IMG/VR virus record: IMGVR_UViG_3300031881_000087
Span: 1 to 44,968 of that record
Length of the DNA stretch: 44,968 nucleotides
From: a virus
Strand: one strand, 5' to 3'
Positions 20,053 to 28,005 of the stretch are shown piece after piece. How positions within the stretch are numbered: position 1 is the first letter of the stretch; the number at the start of each line of letters is the position of its first letter. The position numbers and the translations under genes were made by a program. Below the pieces are notes generated by a model. It made no database searches and was not told the origin of the DNA. It saw only the letters and a list, made by a program, of their open reading frames with translations.

Positions 20053-21212
20053 GCTGGTGCTCCCGTGAGATTGACGAAGGTGTGCCCGGTCGCGCTGCGG
20101 ACTTCGCATCCGGCAACGACAGAGAGCTTGTTATCGAAGTCTGATGTCGGAGCGCCTGCACCGCCAGACGCGGTTGCTTCGGCGTAGAACCAGAGCGCCT
20201 TGTTCTGCGGGACGGGGATGTTGAGATCCGTGAGCCATTGCTCCGCGCGGAATCCAGGCACCGCAACCGCCGATACCCATTCGTGCATCGGGTTGATGAT
20301 CTGGATCGTGTCCGCTGCGGCTGGGGCACCAGAGAATGCAACGCCTACCGTGATGGTGGTTGTGGTGTTCGCCGTGATCTGACGAACCTCAGCGCGGCGA
20401 TTGCCGGTGATGATGACGACCATCATCCCCACGTGGGCATTGGCCACCAAGGTTGGGCTCGTGACGTTGAGCACTGTCGTCGAGCTCCCGCCCGCGATCA
20501 CAACGGACCCAACATCGCTGTAGCCCACGCCAACGCGATAGTGGTTTGTTGCGCCGATTGCAGATCCGATGCAAAGGGTGCGAAGCACCATCATCTTGTC
20601 GGCGCCAGGAGCCGGAATCAGCTCGCCGTTGGTGATGTAGTTCTCGAGGCCAAGGCCGACGGCTGCGAGATAGACGATCCTGCTTCCCCATGCGCCCGGG
20701 ACGATCCCCTGCGAGAACGCGGAATTGCGCTCTACGTGGCGTAGACCTGGGAGCATCATCTCGAGCGTGTCTTCGCCGCCCGATGACACAGCCATGACGT
20801 AGTAGCCGAGTGTGTTGTTCGCCTCGAACTGGTTCGGCCCACCGGGAACGATCGCCGGCTCGGTGAACACTGGCTGGTTCACGTACCCGAAATGCGGAAT
20901 CGAGTCGCTGTGATTCAACCCTCCGCCCAGGGTGATCATCGAGAAGTGCAGCTCGTCACCTGCCGTGCCAGCGTAGTTCGAGCATCGCAGGACGAGTGCT
21001 TGCGGCGCAGCCACCTGCGTCCCCATCCCGATCATGTCGATGCGGTCGATCACCATCAGTTGGCCCCGTCGCCCAACTGCAAGGTTCTGCTTGACCGTTG
21101 CATCCGCGAACGCTCCGGCAGGATTGTGAGTGTCGGTCAGCGGAGAGAGGCGGAATCCGCCACGAGCGAATGATTTTGCGCCTGGAAGCTCGGGCTTGGT
21201 CGTGATGGTCAT
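20049..21212 (-). CDS. Beta-rich structural protein (387 aa), paralog of 19342..20052
   Basis: Long ORF between TerL and the portal, with shared sequence blocks as listed for its paralog. Confidence 0.5.
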   Translation of the reverse strand: MTITTKPELPGAKSFARGGFRLSPLTDTHNPAGAFADATVKQNLAVGRRGQLMVIDRIDMIGMGTQVAAPQALVLRCSNYAGTAGDELHFSMITLGGGLNHSDSIPHFGYVNQPVFTEPAIVPGGPNQFEANNTLGYYVMAVSSGGEDTLEMMLPGLRHVERNSAFSQGIVPGAWGSRIVYLAAVGLGLENYITNGELIPAPGADKMMVLRTLCIGSAIGATNHYRVGVGYSDVGSVVIAGGSSTTVLNVTSPTLVANAHVGMMVVIITGNRRAEVRQITANTTTTITVGVAFSGAPAAADTIQIINPMHEWVSAVAVPGFRAEQWLTDLNIPVPQNKALWFYAEATASGGAGAPTSDFDNKLSVVAGCEVRSATGHTFVNLTGAPA

Positions 21213-21400
21213 GCTACTGGTTCCTTGATCGACGGAAGAGAGATGAGAGTGCGCTGCGCTGACTCGATGGCCTGAGCGATCTGTGTCAGGACAGCAGGCT
21301 CAACCGGCCGCTTGTCGTATGCAGCCTGGCCACAACGCTTCTTCGTCTGGTCGAGCGTGTTGAGGATCTGGCGGAGCTGCTGGTCGGAAATCTGCTTCAT
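21209..21400 (-). CDS. Small hypothetical protein (63 aa)
   Basis: The start was trimmed to MKQISDQQ, 2 nt after the TerL stop. Its stop overlaps the next gene's start. Confidence 0.45.
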   Translation of the reverse strand: MKQISDQQLRQILNTLDQTKKRCGQAAYDKRPVEPAVLTQIAQAIESAQRTLISLPSIKEPVA

Positions 21401-21402
21401 GG

Positions 21403-23079
21403 TTAGCCGGGTGGTCTGCCAAGGGCCCTGATCCAATCCTGACGCGCCGTGACACGACTGTCAATCCAGGGTTCGGTGATCTGGTCGTGCCGGAACTTCG
21501 GGATCCGCATTCCGCCCATCTGGGTTTGGGGCCGGCGAACGTAGCAGGCCGGCGACTTGTCGTGGAAGTAGTGCTCCACGTCGGCGAGCGCATCGGCGAT
21601 GTCCTTCATCGCGTAGTACGGAAACTGCGCGAACTGCTCCACCAGCTCGCCGCCGGGAAGTCGCTGCTGCGTGTTGGTGTCGAGGAATCCGGTTGGATCC
21701 CACAGCGACTTCAGACGTTGGCCGTCGCGGTAGGTGCGCGGGAATGTGTCCACCACATAGAGATCCTTCGCGCGCATCTTCGGCTGTAGGCGTCGGATGC
21801 GATCATCCTTGCTGCGCTCACCACCGCCTCGAGGGATCTCTCGAATGTTCAGTCTCACGCCGCGGCGACGGGCCTCCGTCTCGATCCAACCTTGCAGCAT
21901 CATGGCCATGGTCACGCGCTCGATCGTCCAGCCGGTCATCATCGTCAAGGCCGACCACTTGTGATGCAGCGAGAATAGCTCGTCTACGTACTGCCCTGGC
22001 TCGACTTTACCGACGAAGGCATCCAACAGGTACATCCGTCGCGCGGCATCGAGCCCTACCACCAGCGCCACCGAGTAGCAGGCGCCCTGCGCCTTGCTGA
22101 GGGCTGAGTCCGTGACGATCCAGGTCGTCAGATTCGCCATCTCGGGTTCCCACGGGATCGGCTGGAACCACTCGCGCTTGAAGGTCTGTGACAGCCCTGA
22201 CACATGGCGATTCAGGTACTGCGAGCAGAACTCCTCGAAGTCCATGCCACCGAGCTGCTGCTCGAGGTACGCCTTGGTGAGGTGCGGGAACATCGGCTTC
22301 TCGCCGGTCAACTTGAACAGGCCGTCCGATCCTTCAGCGATCTCGAAGCCAGTGCCCATGACGAGCTTGTTCCATCCCGGCAAGCTGTCGATGTACGAGT
22401 AGACATCGCCGGGGTTGTAGCGCGTCCCTGTCACGATGATCTTGGCGCCTGGCACGCGCAGCGGCATGACCAGGTGAATCAGCATCTTGGCCAGGTCAAG
22501 CTGGGCCTGAGTGCGGCAGTTGCGCCAGTCGATGATGTCGTCGAGGTAGATCCGGTTGTAGTGGCCGCCGGTCGGCAGCCGCTTCAGCGAGCCGATGCGG
22601 AAACTAGGATCTGCCCGCGAAGCGTCGTTCCTGGTCGAGAGCGTCCACTCATCGACAGTCCACGGGTACCCCTTCAGCGGCTGGCCAAACCATGCCTCGA
22701 TGTTGGGGTTGAACTCGAACGTGTCACGGATCGAGATCGACCATTTGCGCACCTGCGCTGTGGTCCCCGACATGAACAACGTCGCATCATCAGGGTGTGC
22801 GAGGAAGTTGCGTACGCAGTCGGCCTTGACCGTGGACGACTTCAGGCCGCCGCGCGGCGCCAGGAGCATGCATAGCTGCTTGTCGGGGTCGGCGACAAAC
22901 TCGGTCATCGTGGTGTATGGAGGCTCGTCGCGGAGCCCGCCAGTGCCAACGTTGATCTTCTTCCCGGTCTTGTGATCCAGGTCGTAGTTGTAGCCAAGCA
23001 GCTCGCGCCCAACGAACCCTGTATCCGTCATCGCGCGAGCGACCCACTTCTCCAGCTCTTTCTCGGACAGCTCGATCAC
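21403..23079 (-). CDS. terL: Terminase large subunit
   Basis: 558 aa with a Walker A-like LLAPRGGLKSS and a Walker B-like RIYLDDII. The C-terminal half is nuclease-like and the gene lies at the head of the virion arm. Confidence 0.85.
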   Translation of the reverse strand: MIELSEKELEKWVARAMTDTGFVGRELLGYNYDLDHKTGKKINVGTGGLRDEPPYTTMTEFVADPDKQLCMLLAPRGGLKSSTVKADCVRNFLAHPDDATLFMSGTTAQVRKWSISIRDTFEFNPNIEAWFGQPLKGYPWTVDEWTLSTRNDASRADPSFRIGSLKRLPTGGHYNRIYLDDIIDWRNCRTQAQLDLAKMLIHLVMPLRVPGAKIIVTGTRYNPGDVYSYIDSLPGWNKLVMGTGFEIAEGSDGLFKLTGEKPMFPHLTKAYLEQQLGGMDFEEFCSQYLNRHVSGLSQTFKREWFQPIPWEPEMANLTTWIVTDSALSKAQGACYSVALVVGLDAARRMYLLDAFVGKVEPGQYVDELFSLHHKWSALTMMTGWTIERVTMAMMLQGWIETEARRRGVRLNIREIPRGGGERSKDDRIRRLQPKMRAKDLYVVDTFPRTYRDGQRLKSLWDPTGFLDTNTQQRLPGGELVEQFAQFPYYAMKDIADALADVEHYFHDKSPACYVRRPQTQMGGMRIPKFRHDQITEPWIDSRVTARQDWIRALGRPPG

Positions 23080-23609
23080 TTGGCCGTCGCGTCCGCGTCC
23101 TTGGCCTTCTTCGCGGGCTTCTTGTTGGCCATCGCAGCGATCACGGTCGGATCGAGTGTGCTGGCATCCAGGTCGCGCTCGTCGTCGGTCAGGTCTTCGG
23201 TTGCAGCATCATCCTTCGGCTTCTCGGCAGATTGCGCGGCCAGTCGATCGACCAGACCCTGAAGGATCGCAACGCGGTCCTCGAGATCCTTGGTGCGCAC
23301 GGCAGCGGCGGCTTCGATCCGATCTTGGAGCGGGTCAGGCATGCACCCATTGTCGGCGATGCTGCTGACAGCAATCATCACCTGTTCCGGCGAAGATGCC
23401 CATTCCTCGATCTCCTCGATCTGCTCCTGTGTCAGCTTGATCACGGGTGCTTTCTCGCCGGACTTCACCTGGTTCCTGGTGGTTCCAGGCGCGAAGAACA
23501 TCAGCGGAAACTGGAAGCTGGTTGTTGGGATGAACCCCTGCGATGTCATCACATCGCTCACCGACACCTTGGGAACTCGACGCACTTTGGCTAGGCTCAT
23601 AGGAGTCAT
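23076..23609 (-). CDS. Terminase small subunit candidate
   Basis: It lies immediately upstream of terL with a 4-nt overlap and has a basic N-terminus and an acidic/Lys-rich C-terminus. The start is ambiguous: Met codons at 23609, 23600 and 23549, and only 23549 has a GGTGAG SD-like motif. Confidence 0.45.
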   Translation of the reverse strand: MTPMSLAKVRRVPKVSVSDVMTSQGFIPTTSFQFPLMFFAPGTTRNQVKSGEKAPVIKLTQEQIEEIEEWASSPEQVMIAVSSIADNGCMPDPLQDRIEAAAAVRTKDLEDRVAILQGLVDRLAAQSAEKPKDDAATEDLTDDERDLDASTLDPTVIAAMANKKPAKKAKDADATAK

Positions 23610-23823
23610 GGACCCAACGCTACCCAGCAACCAGCCTCCCGACAAGGCATGGACGCGCGACGATGTTCGCCGCCACGCCCAGAATCTGTTCGAGATAGCT
23701 CCAGAATCGGCCGTCAAGCTGAAGTGCCTCGAGCTGATCCTCGACCTGATTCCGCCCGAGGAAAAGAAGGCAAGCGGACTGGCTTCGGTGGCGTCCAAAG
23801 CCCGAGCAAAGGCCAACGAATGA
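23608..23823 (+). CDS. First gene of the rightward arm, hypothetical (71 aa)
   Basis: MDPTLPSNQPPDKAW... reads as a real protein. Its ATG overlaps the minus-strand ATG candidate within CATG at 23607-23610. Confidence 0.45.
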   Translation: MDPTLPSNQPPDKAWTRDDVRRHAQNLFEIAPESAVKLKCLELILDLIPPEEKKASGLASVASKARAKANE

Positions 23824-23942
23824 TCCGACGGATCCTGTGCTTCTTCCTGCGCCACAAGTGGTCCGCATGGTCGCGCCCGTCTCGCTACTGCGAGTTTCGA
23901 TGGTGCGCCAGATGCGGTAAGGCCGAGAACAAGGACTTGTGA
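23820..23942 (+). CDS. Small Cys-containing protein, DUF1660-like (40 aa)
   Basis: MIRRILCFFLRHKWSAW...CARCGKAE matches the HKW...C.RCG pattern remembered for the prophage DUF1660 family. It has an ATGA overlap with the upstream stop. Confidence 0.45.
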   Translation: MIRRILCFFLRHKWSAWSRPSRYCEFRWCARCGKAENKDL

Positions 23943-24313
23943 TGGGCCGGTCCCAGCGAGAGAAGGGCAAGCGCGGCGAGCGCGAGGCCGTAGCCGCCTT
24001 GAAGAAGATCGGCTGCCTCAGCTCGGCGCGGCGCGTGCGCAACTCCGAGGGCGACAGCGACATCATCGACGCCATCGACGGTGTGAGCTTCGAGTGCAAG
24101 CTCGAGAAGCGCACCGCGATCGTCCCGGCAATGCTCCAGGCGATCGCCCAGGCACGCGGCGACATTCCGGCCGTCCTGCACCGGCAGACTGCCGAGCGCG
24201 GCCAGCCGGCCACCCCATGGCTGCTGACGATCCGCCTCGAAGATTTGGAGCGCCTGCTGATCCTCTACAAGCTAGAGCTGTCTGCCGATGCCAAGCAAGC
24301 GCCTGCGTTTTGA
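23942..24313 (+). CDS. PD-(D/E)xK nuclease, Holliday-junction-resolvase-like (archaeal Hjc type)
   Basis: The motifs GKRGEREAV...GDSDIIDA...FECKLEK match the G...ER / D(I/V)I / E.K pattern. Confidence 0.55.
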   Translation: MGRSQREKGKRGEREAVAALKKIGCLSSARRVRNSEGDSDIIDAIDGVSFECKLEKRTAIVPAMLQAIAQARGDIPAVLHRQTAERGQPATPWLLTIRLEDLERLLILYKLELSADAKQAPAF

Positions 24314-24542
24314 CGTAGCCGACGAGAGCCAGCCAGCATGGCCAGCGATCCCGCAGCCGATCGACGACGGGCACTGCGAACTGTGCCGGGAGCCGTGCGA
24401 TCATCTGCTGCGCATGGAGGCGCCGACCGCGCTCGTCTGCTGCGCGTGCGCAAAGCTGACCCTGACACAGGTTGTCAGCCGCATGCTCGACCGCGGCATC
24501 GTGCCACAGTCGAGGATGGTGCAGCTACCCGAAGCAGAGTGA
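24288..24542 (+). CDS. Hypothetical Cys-rich protein (84 aa)
   Basis: ORF with C..C and CC.C pairs. It overlaps the upstream gene by 26 nt, so the start is uncertain. Confidence 0.4.
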   Translation: MPSKRLRFDVADESQPAWPAIPQPIDDGHCELCREPCDHLLRMEAPTALVCCACAKLTLTQVVSRMLDRGIVPQSRMVQLPEAE

Positions 24543-24773
24543 CTACTCGCCCTCGGGCGAGTCACACGCGAGCGCCGCGTTGGCGCGCATGCGGACATCC
24601 TCGAGCGCGGTCAGCGCCAGCGAGTGGTTGCGGCCCTCGGGCATGATCTCGTTCAGCTCCCGCGCCAGCTCGAGGCAGAGAGCTGACACGCGGGCATGCT
24701 TGGCGTTCCGCGAGGGCGGGCCGGAGTGGTAGAGGAATCGGTTCTGGAGATCGGCGTCAGTTGGCTTCGGCAT
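24543..24773 (-). CDS. Small conserved-looking helical protein (76 aa), leftward
   Basis: The start was trimmed to MPKPTDADLQNRFLYH, which has AAGGA 7 nt upstream. The pattern F.YH.P...H..V.....LA.....P.GR..SLA.T.LE...M.AN resembles a widespread small phage/actinobacterial family whose name I cannot recall. Confidence 0.5.
   Translation of the reverse strand: MPKPTDADLQNRFLYHSGPPSRNAKHARVSALCLELARELNEIMPEGRNHSLALTALEDVRMRANAALACDSPEGE
24545..24562. terminator. Candidate bidirectional hairpin at convergent stops (stem actcgcc/ggcgagt, loop ctcg)
   Basis: Read directly. It sits just inside the 3' end of the minus-strand CDS (24543..24773), immediately after the plus-strand stop TGA at 24540-24542. 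It has no U-tract. Confidence 0.3.
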
Positions 24774-24948
24774 TTGGCAGTCCTTGGAGGGGATGAAAGC
24801 CACCACTGACCCGATCGCCCTGCCGCTGCAAGGCGGACATTCGACCGCAGTTACCGGCGCCGCCACGAGGGATCGTGACAGCCGGTGGCATGCCAGCTCA
24901 TCTTGGCCCTATACCCGGATGAGGCGGGGTTCCTTTCGCACGAAAGAA

Positions 24949-25024
24949 TGGAAGCGGGGGCTGGGATCGAACCAGCGGCCTCTGGATTATGAGTCCAGCG
25001 TTCTGCCAACTGAACTACCCCGCA
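24949..25024 (-). tRNA. tRNA with CAU anticodon (Met, or Ile2 if lysidine-modified), CCA encoded
   Basis: Hand-folded cloverleaf: D arm GUUC-AGUUGGCA-GAAC, anticodon arm CUGGA-CUCAUAA-UCCAG, T arm GCUGG-UUCGAUC-CCAGC, acceptor GCGGGG/CCCCGC. Position 1:72 comes out as U-U in my fold. Confidence 0.8.
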
Positions 25025-25051
25025 GTGCGTCGCTGGCTAGGCTACCGCGCC

Positions 25052-25468
25052 ATGACGATCGACGCCAGCGACCACACGCAGTTTCTGGCCATGCGCGTCT
25101 ACCAGGCCCACAAGAACTGGCAGCCCAACGGCAACCTCGGCCTCGAGGAGTGGGTCGCCCTGGCCGAGAGCAACGCCGAGCAGGAGTGGGCCCGCCACAT
25201 TCGCCGCGAGAAGCGCCGCCGGCGCCGCACCGAGCCTCTGGACCTCGTGCTCCCCGAGCCATCGACGCCGCCAGACCGCAGCGTCGAACTCCTCGAACAA
25301 GTCGCCAGCCTGCTACAGCGCCTGACCGAAAAGGAGCTGGAGGTGTTCCTCGCCGTGTGCCTCGACCGACAGCCCCTAACAGCCGCCGCGGCGCAGCTCG
25401 GCATCACACGGGAGGCCGTAAAGCAGCGCCTTCACGACGGTCGGCAGCGGCTTCCACCGTGCCAATGA
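25052..25468 (+). CDS. Small ECF-sigma-like protein (region-4 HTH with a short degenerate region-2-like N-terminus)
   Basis: LTEKELEVFLAVCLDRQPLTAAAAQLGITREAVKQRLHDGRQRL is a typical sigma-70 region 4.2 HTH. W.ALAESNAEQEWARHIRREKRR resembles the end of region 2. The start was trimmed to the Met at 25052 so that it no longer overlaps the tRNA. Confidence 0.6.
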   Translation: MTIDASDHTQFLAMRVYQAHKNWQPNGNLGLEEWVALAESNAEQEWARHIRREKRRRRRTEPLDLVLPEPSTPPDRSVELLEQVASLLQRLTEKELEVFLAVCLDRQPLTAAAAQLGITREAVKQRLHDGRQRLPPCQ

Positions 25469-25972
25469 GTCACGCCACGTAACCCGCTGGGAAAATCTTC
25501 TGCAAGCGACCTATCCTTTTTTCGAGATGGAGTCACTTGTACAGGGTAGAGGCACGCGAAGGTCATCCCCAGTACCTCGACCGGGCCACCCGCCGCCCCT
25601 CCCCGGTACCAAAACCGGGCTCGCCAGACAGCCGGGGCCCCCTCCTTGGAGTCCCACGCCTCCCGCTCGAGAGCGACCCCCCGCCGGGGTGGCCAGAGTT
25701 CCCATAGTCCGCGCCCGAGTTGCCACAGTAGCGGTGGCCTGACAGAAATCCGGCCGGATCCGGGCGGATGTCCGGGCGGCCGGCACGCCACCTGCTGGGG
25801 AAGCCGGGGGCCAGCGGGGGTTCCTGGGGCGGAAGCGTGAGAGAGGGGCTGGCCACCACAGGCCGGGCCGGTATCCGAGGCGGACGGGCGAGAGAGAGAG
25901 TTGAGGACTCCATGTTCTGGAGTCCCTGCGCGGCCGCGGGGTCGGACCCCCCCAGGGGGTGGGGTGGGCCAG

Positions 25973-26646
25973 CCTGTCAGCGCCTGTCACGGCGCCCCCT
26001 CGCAAGCCCCCCGACCTGTCCCGTCGCCAAGGATCGCGCGCCCCGCGCGGGGAGAACGGCCATTCCCAGCCGGCCGCCTGTCAGCCGACTGTCACGGCCG
26101 GGTCGAGTAGTCCGCCAGGAAGGGGGCAACCGCCCGAATGACCATGCCCCGCCAGGGCTCCCTGCAAGCCGCCAGTGACACGATCGGTCCGCCTAGCCTC
26201 CTCCCTGCCTCCCTGGCGTGATGGGCCAGCCACGGGGCACCGAAGAGGGCACAATGGGCTTGGAATGAGCGGATGTATGACAGGCTCGAACCCTCCGTTC
26301 CGCCCTGATTCGGCAACATGGCAGGCGAACCGGCGCGCGTCCCCCGGCGTGACAGGGCAACGGCCAATGCCCGCCAAGCCCAAACAGGCAATCGAAGGTC
26401 CGGGACATCGCGCATCATGGCCCGTGACAGGCCGGCGTATGACAGGCCGGAGGAACGGGGCACACCGGGGCGGCCCTTGCCCTTGGCGTTCCGTGACAGG
26501 GCGACCGCGGGGGCGAACCCGGCGCCCTTCAGCCCACCCGCGGCGATCAAGGCGACCACGGCGCGGCCGCGCAGGGTCGGCCATCGGCGCGATCCGCGGC
26601 GCTCGTTCGGGGCGAGTAGACGCAAGGGATCGGTGGTGATGACAGG
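25973..26646. repeat. Orientation-switching array of a 7-10-nt motif (consensus about CGTGACAGGC)
   Basis: CCTGTCA lies at 25973, 25983 and 26077, with variants at 26015 and 26088. The complement TGACAGG lies at 26278, 26350, 26425, 26440, 26494 and 26640, with a variant at 26176. Close pairs are spaced 10, 11 and 15 nt. Confidence 0.8.
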
Positions 26647-26868
26647 CGGGGGGGCGCCGAGACGGCGAGGATACTTTCGGGGCAAGGGGCGCGCCGGCCG
26701 GCCGTCGGCGAAGAAAGGACTGTCGGGCAAGCGCTTGGCTAGCATGGCGTTAGGGGCGGTCGTGGAAATTGTGTCACGTGGGTATTGCATTGTGGACGAT
26801 ACACAGTAGCGTTCCTGGTGGGGGGCGAGCATCTTCGCCCGGCCCCCCGAACCACAGCAGAGCACAGC

Positions 26869-28005
26869 ATGACAGAACAAACCACCATGGCAGAGCGGTT
26901 GGCGACGGCCAGCATGCAGCGCGTTCTATACCCGATGGCCCGGCGGCTCGGGATCCCCGGATACGTTGAAAAGCGCAAGGGTGACCTTGTGGCGGCGCTA
27001 CTGGCGCATCCCGACTGTCAGGAAGCGTACGATGCCGAAACCGGGGCAAGCGCTCATCCGGCGCCTGTCACGGAATCGCCCGGTGACGACGAGGTAGCGC
27101 GGGCGCTTCGCACGATCCTTGCCGCGCGCGCGCCGCGGTCGGCGCCGGTCGATGAAACGGCCGTTCGCTTGATCGCCGAGGAAGTCGTCCGCGCGGCGAT
27201 GGAAGGCGCGGCCGTTTCTGTCACGGTCAATGACGCCAGGACGGAAAGGTCCGTTTCCGTAGGCGCGCAACACGCCAGGTTCCCCCTTCTGTTGAAGGTA
27301 TGCGATACCTTTGTCGATGGAAAGCGCATGGTGCCTTGGCTTGGCGGTCCGCCAGGAACGGGCAAGACAACGGCCGCGCGGTCCGTGGCGAAAGCGCTCG
27401 ACCTGTCTTTCGCCTTCACTGGCGCCCTAGACTCACCTTACGCCCTGTCAGGCTTCATCGACGCGGGGGGGCGAACGGTCCGAACCGCATTCCGGGAAGC
27501 CTGGGAGAACGGGGGCGTATTCCTTTTCGACGAAATAGACGCTTCGCATGCATCGGCCGTTGTCGCCTTCAATGCGGCGCTGGCGAACGGCGTATGCGCG
27601 TTCCCGGACGGCATGGTCGAACGGCACCCTGACAACGTTTGTATCGCTGCCGCGAACACGTTCGGGCAAGGGGGCAATGCGAACCTCGCGGGGCGTGTGC
27701 GGCAAGACGGCGCCTTCCTTGATCGGTTCGCAATGATCCATTGGAACATCGACCCCGCCCTAGAATCGGCAATCTGCCCGGACAAGCGCTGGCTACGCAC
27801 AGTCCGCGCTACTCGCAAGGCCGCGACCGATCGTTCTGTGACAGGCGCGACAATCACTCCGCGCGCATCCGTCAAGGGGGCGGCGCTACTGGCAAACGGG
27901 GTCGCCTTTGATGATGTATGCGAGATGGCGCTACGTTGTGGGCTCCCTGACGCGTCCTGGGAACCGCTTCTGTCGGTCGCGCGTTCGGCATGGGGGGAGT
28001 CCTAA
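26869..28005 (+). CDS. AAA+ ATPase, MoxR/CobS (AAA_5)-like, with an N-terminal Rho_N/SAP-like motif
   Basis: Walker A GGPPGTGKTT, Walker B VFLFDEID, AANTFG, AFLDRF. The N-terminal LYPMARRLGIPGYVEKRKGDLVAALLAH resembles the Rho N-terminal helix-hairpin motif. The start was trimmed to MTEQTT. Confidence 0.75.
   Translation: MTEQTTMAERLATASMQRVLYPMARRLGIPGYVEKRKGDLVAALLAHPDCQEAYDAETGASAHPAPVTESPGDDEVARALRTILAARAPRSAPVDETAVRLIAEEVVRAAMEGAAVSVTVNDARTERSVSVGAQHARFPLLLKVCDTFVDGKRMVPWLGGPPGTGKTTAARSVAKALDLSFAFTGALDSPYALSGFIDAGGRTVRTAFREAWENGGVFLFDEIDASHASAVVAFNAALANGVCAFPDGMVERHPDNVCIAAANTFGQGGNANLAGRVRQDGAFLDRFAMIHWNIDPALESAICPDKRWLRTVRATRKAATDRSVTGATITPRASVKGAALLANGVAFDDVCEMALRCGLPDASWEPLLSVARSAWGES

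Noticed and set aside
24949-25024. The tRNA as an attP/integration-site remnant of a temperate phage.
   Set aside because: The cloverleaf is full length with an encoded CCA. I recognised no integrase, excisionase or CI-type repressor anywhere in the window.
25521-25960. RNase P RNA, tmRNA or a group I intron as the identity of the GC-rich noncoding stretch.
   Set aside because: I could not find the conserved cores I remember: the GGAAAGTCCGGGC-type P4/CR-I of RNase P, or a tRNA-like 3' end with a tag ORF for tmRNA. This was a visual check only, so a covariance-model scan is still needed.
25973-26646. The TGACAGG repeats as a stack of sigma-70 promoters, since the motif contains TGACA, 5 of 6 positions of the -35 hexamer.
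   Set aside because: I found no TAnnnT-like -10 element 16-18 nt downstream of any copy. The two blocks point in opposite directions.
26092-26880. The 262-aa minus-strand ORF (and the overlapping plus-strand ORFs 26175..26639 and 26318..26809) covering the motif array. Five motif copies fall in one frame as LS(R/Y).
   Set aside because: The composition is low-complexity (R/A/G/P/L), I recognised no motif, and all frames are open here. The in-frame repeats follow simply from spacings of 72, 75, 15 and 54 nt. I did not annotate it as a gene, but a repeat-containing protein is not fully excluded; see the finding's refutation test.
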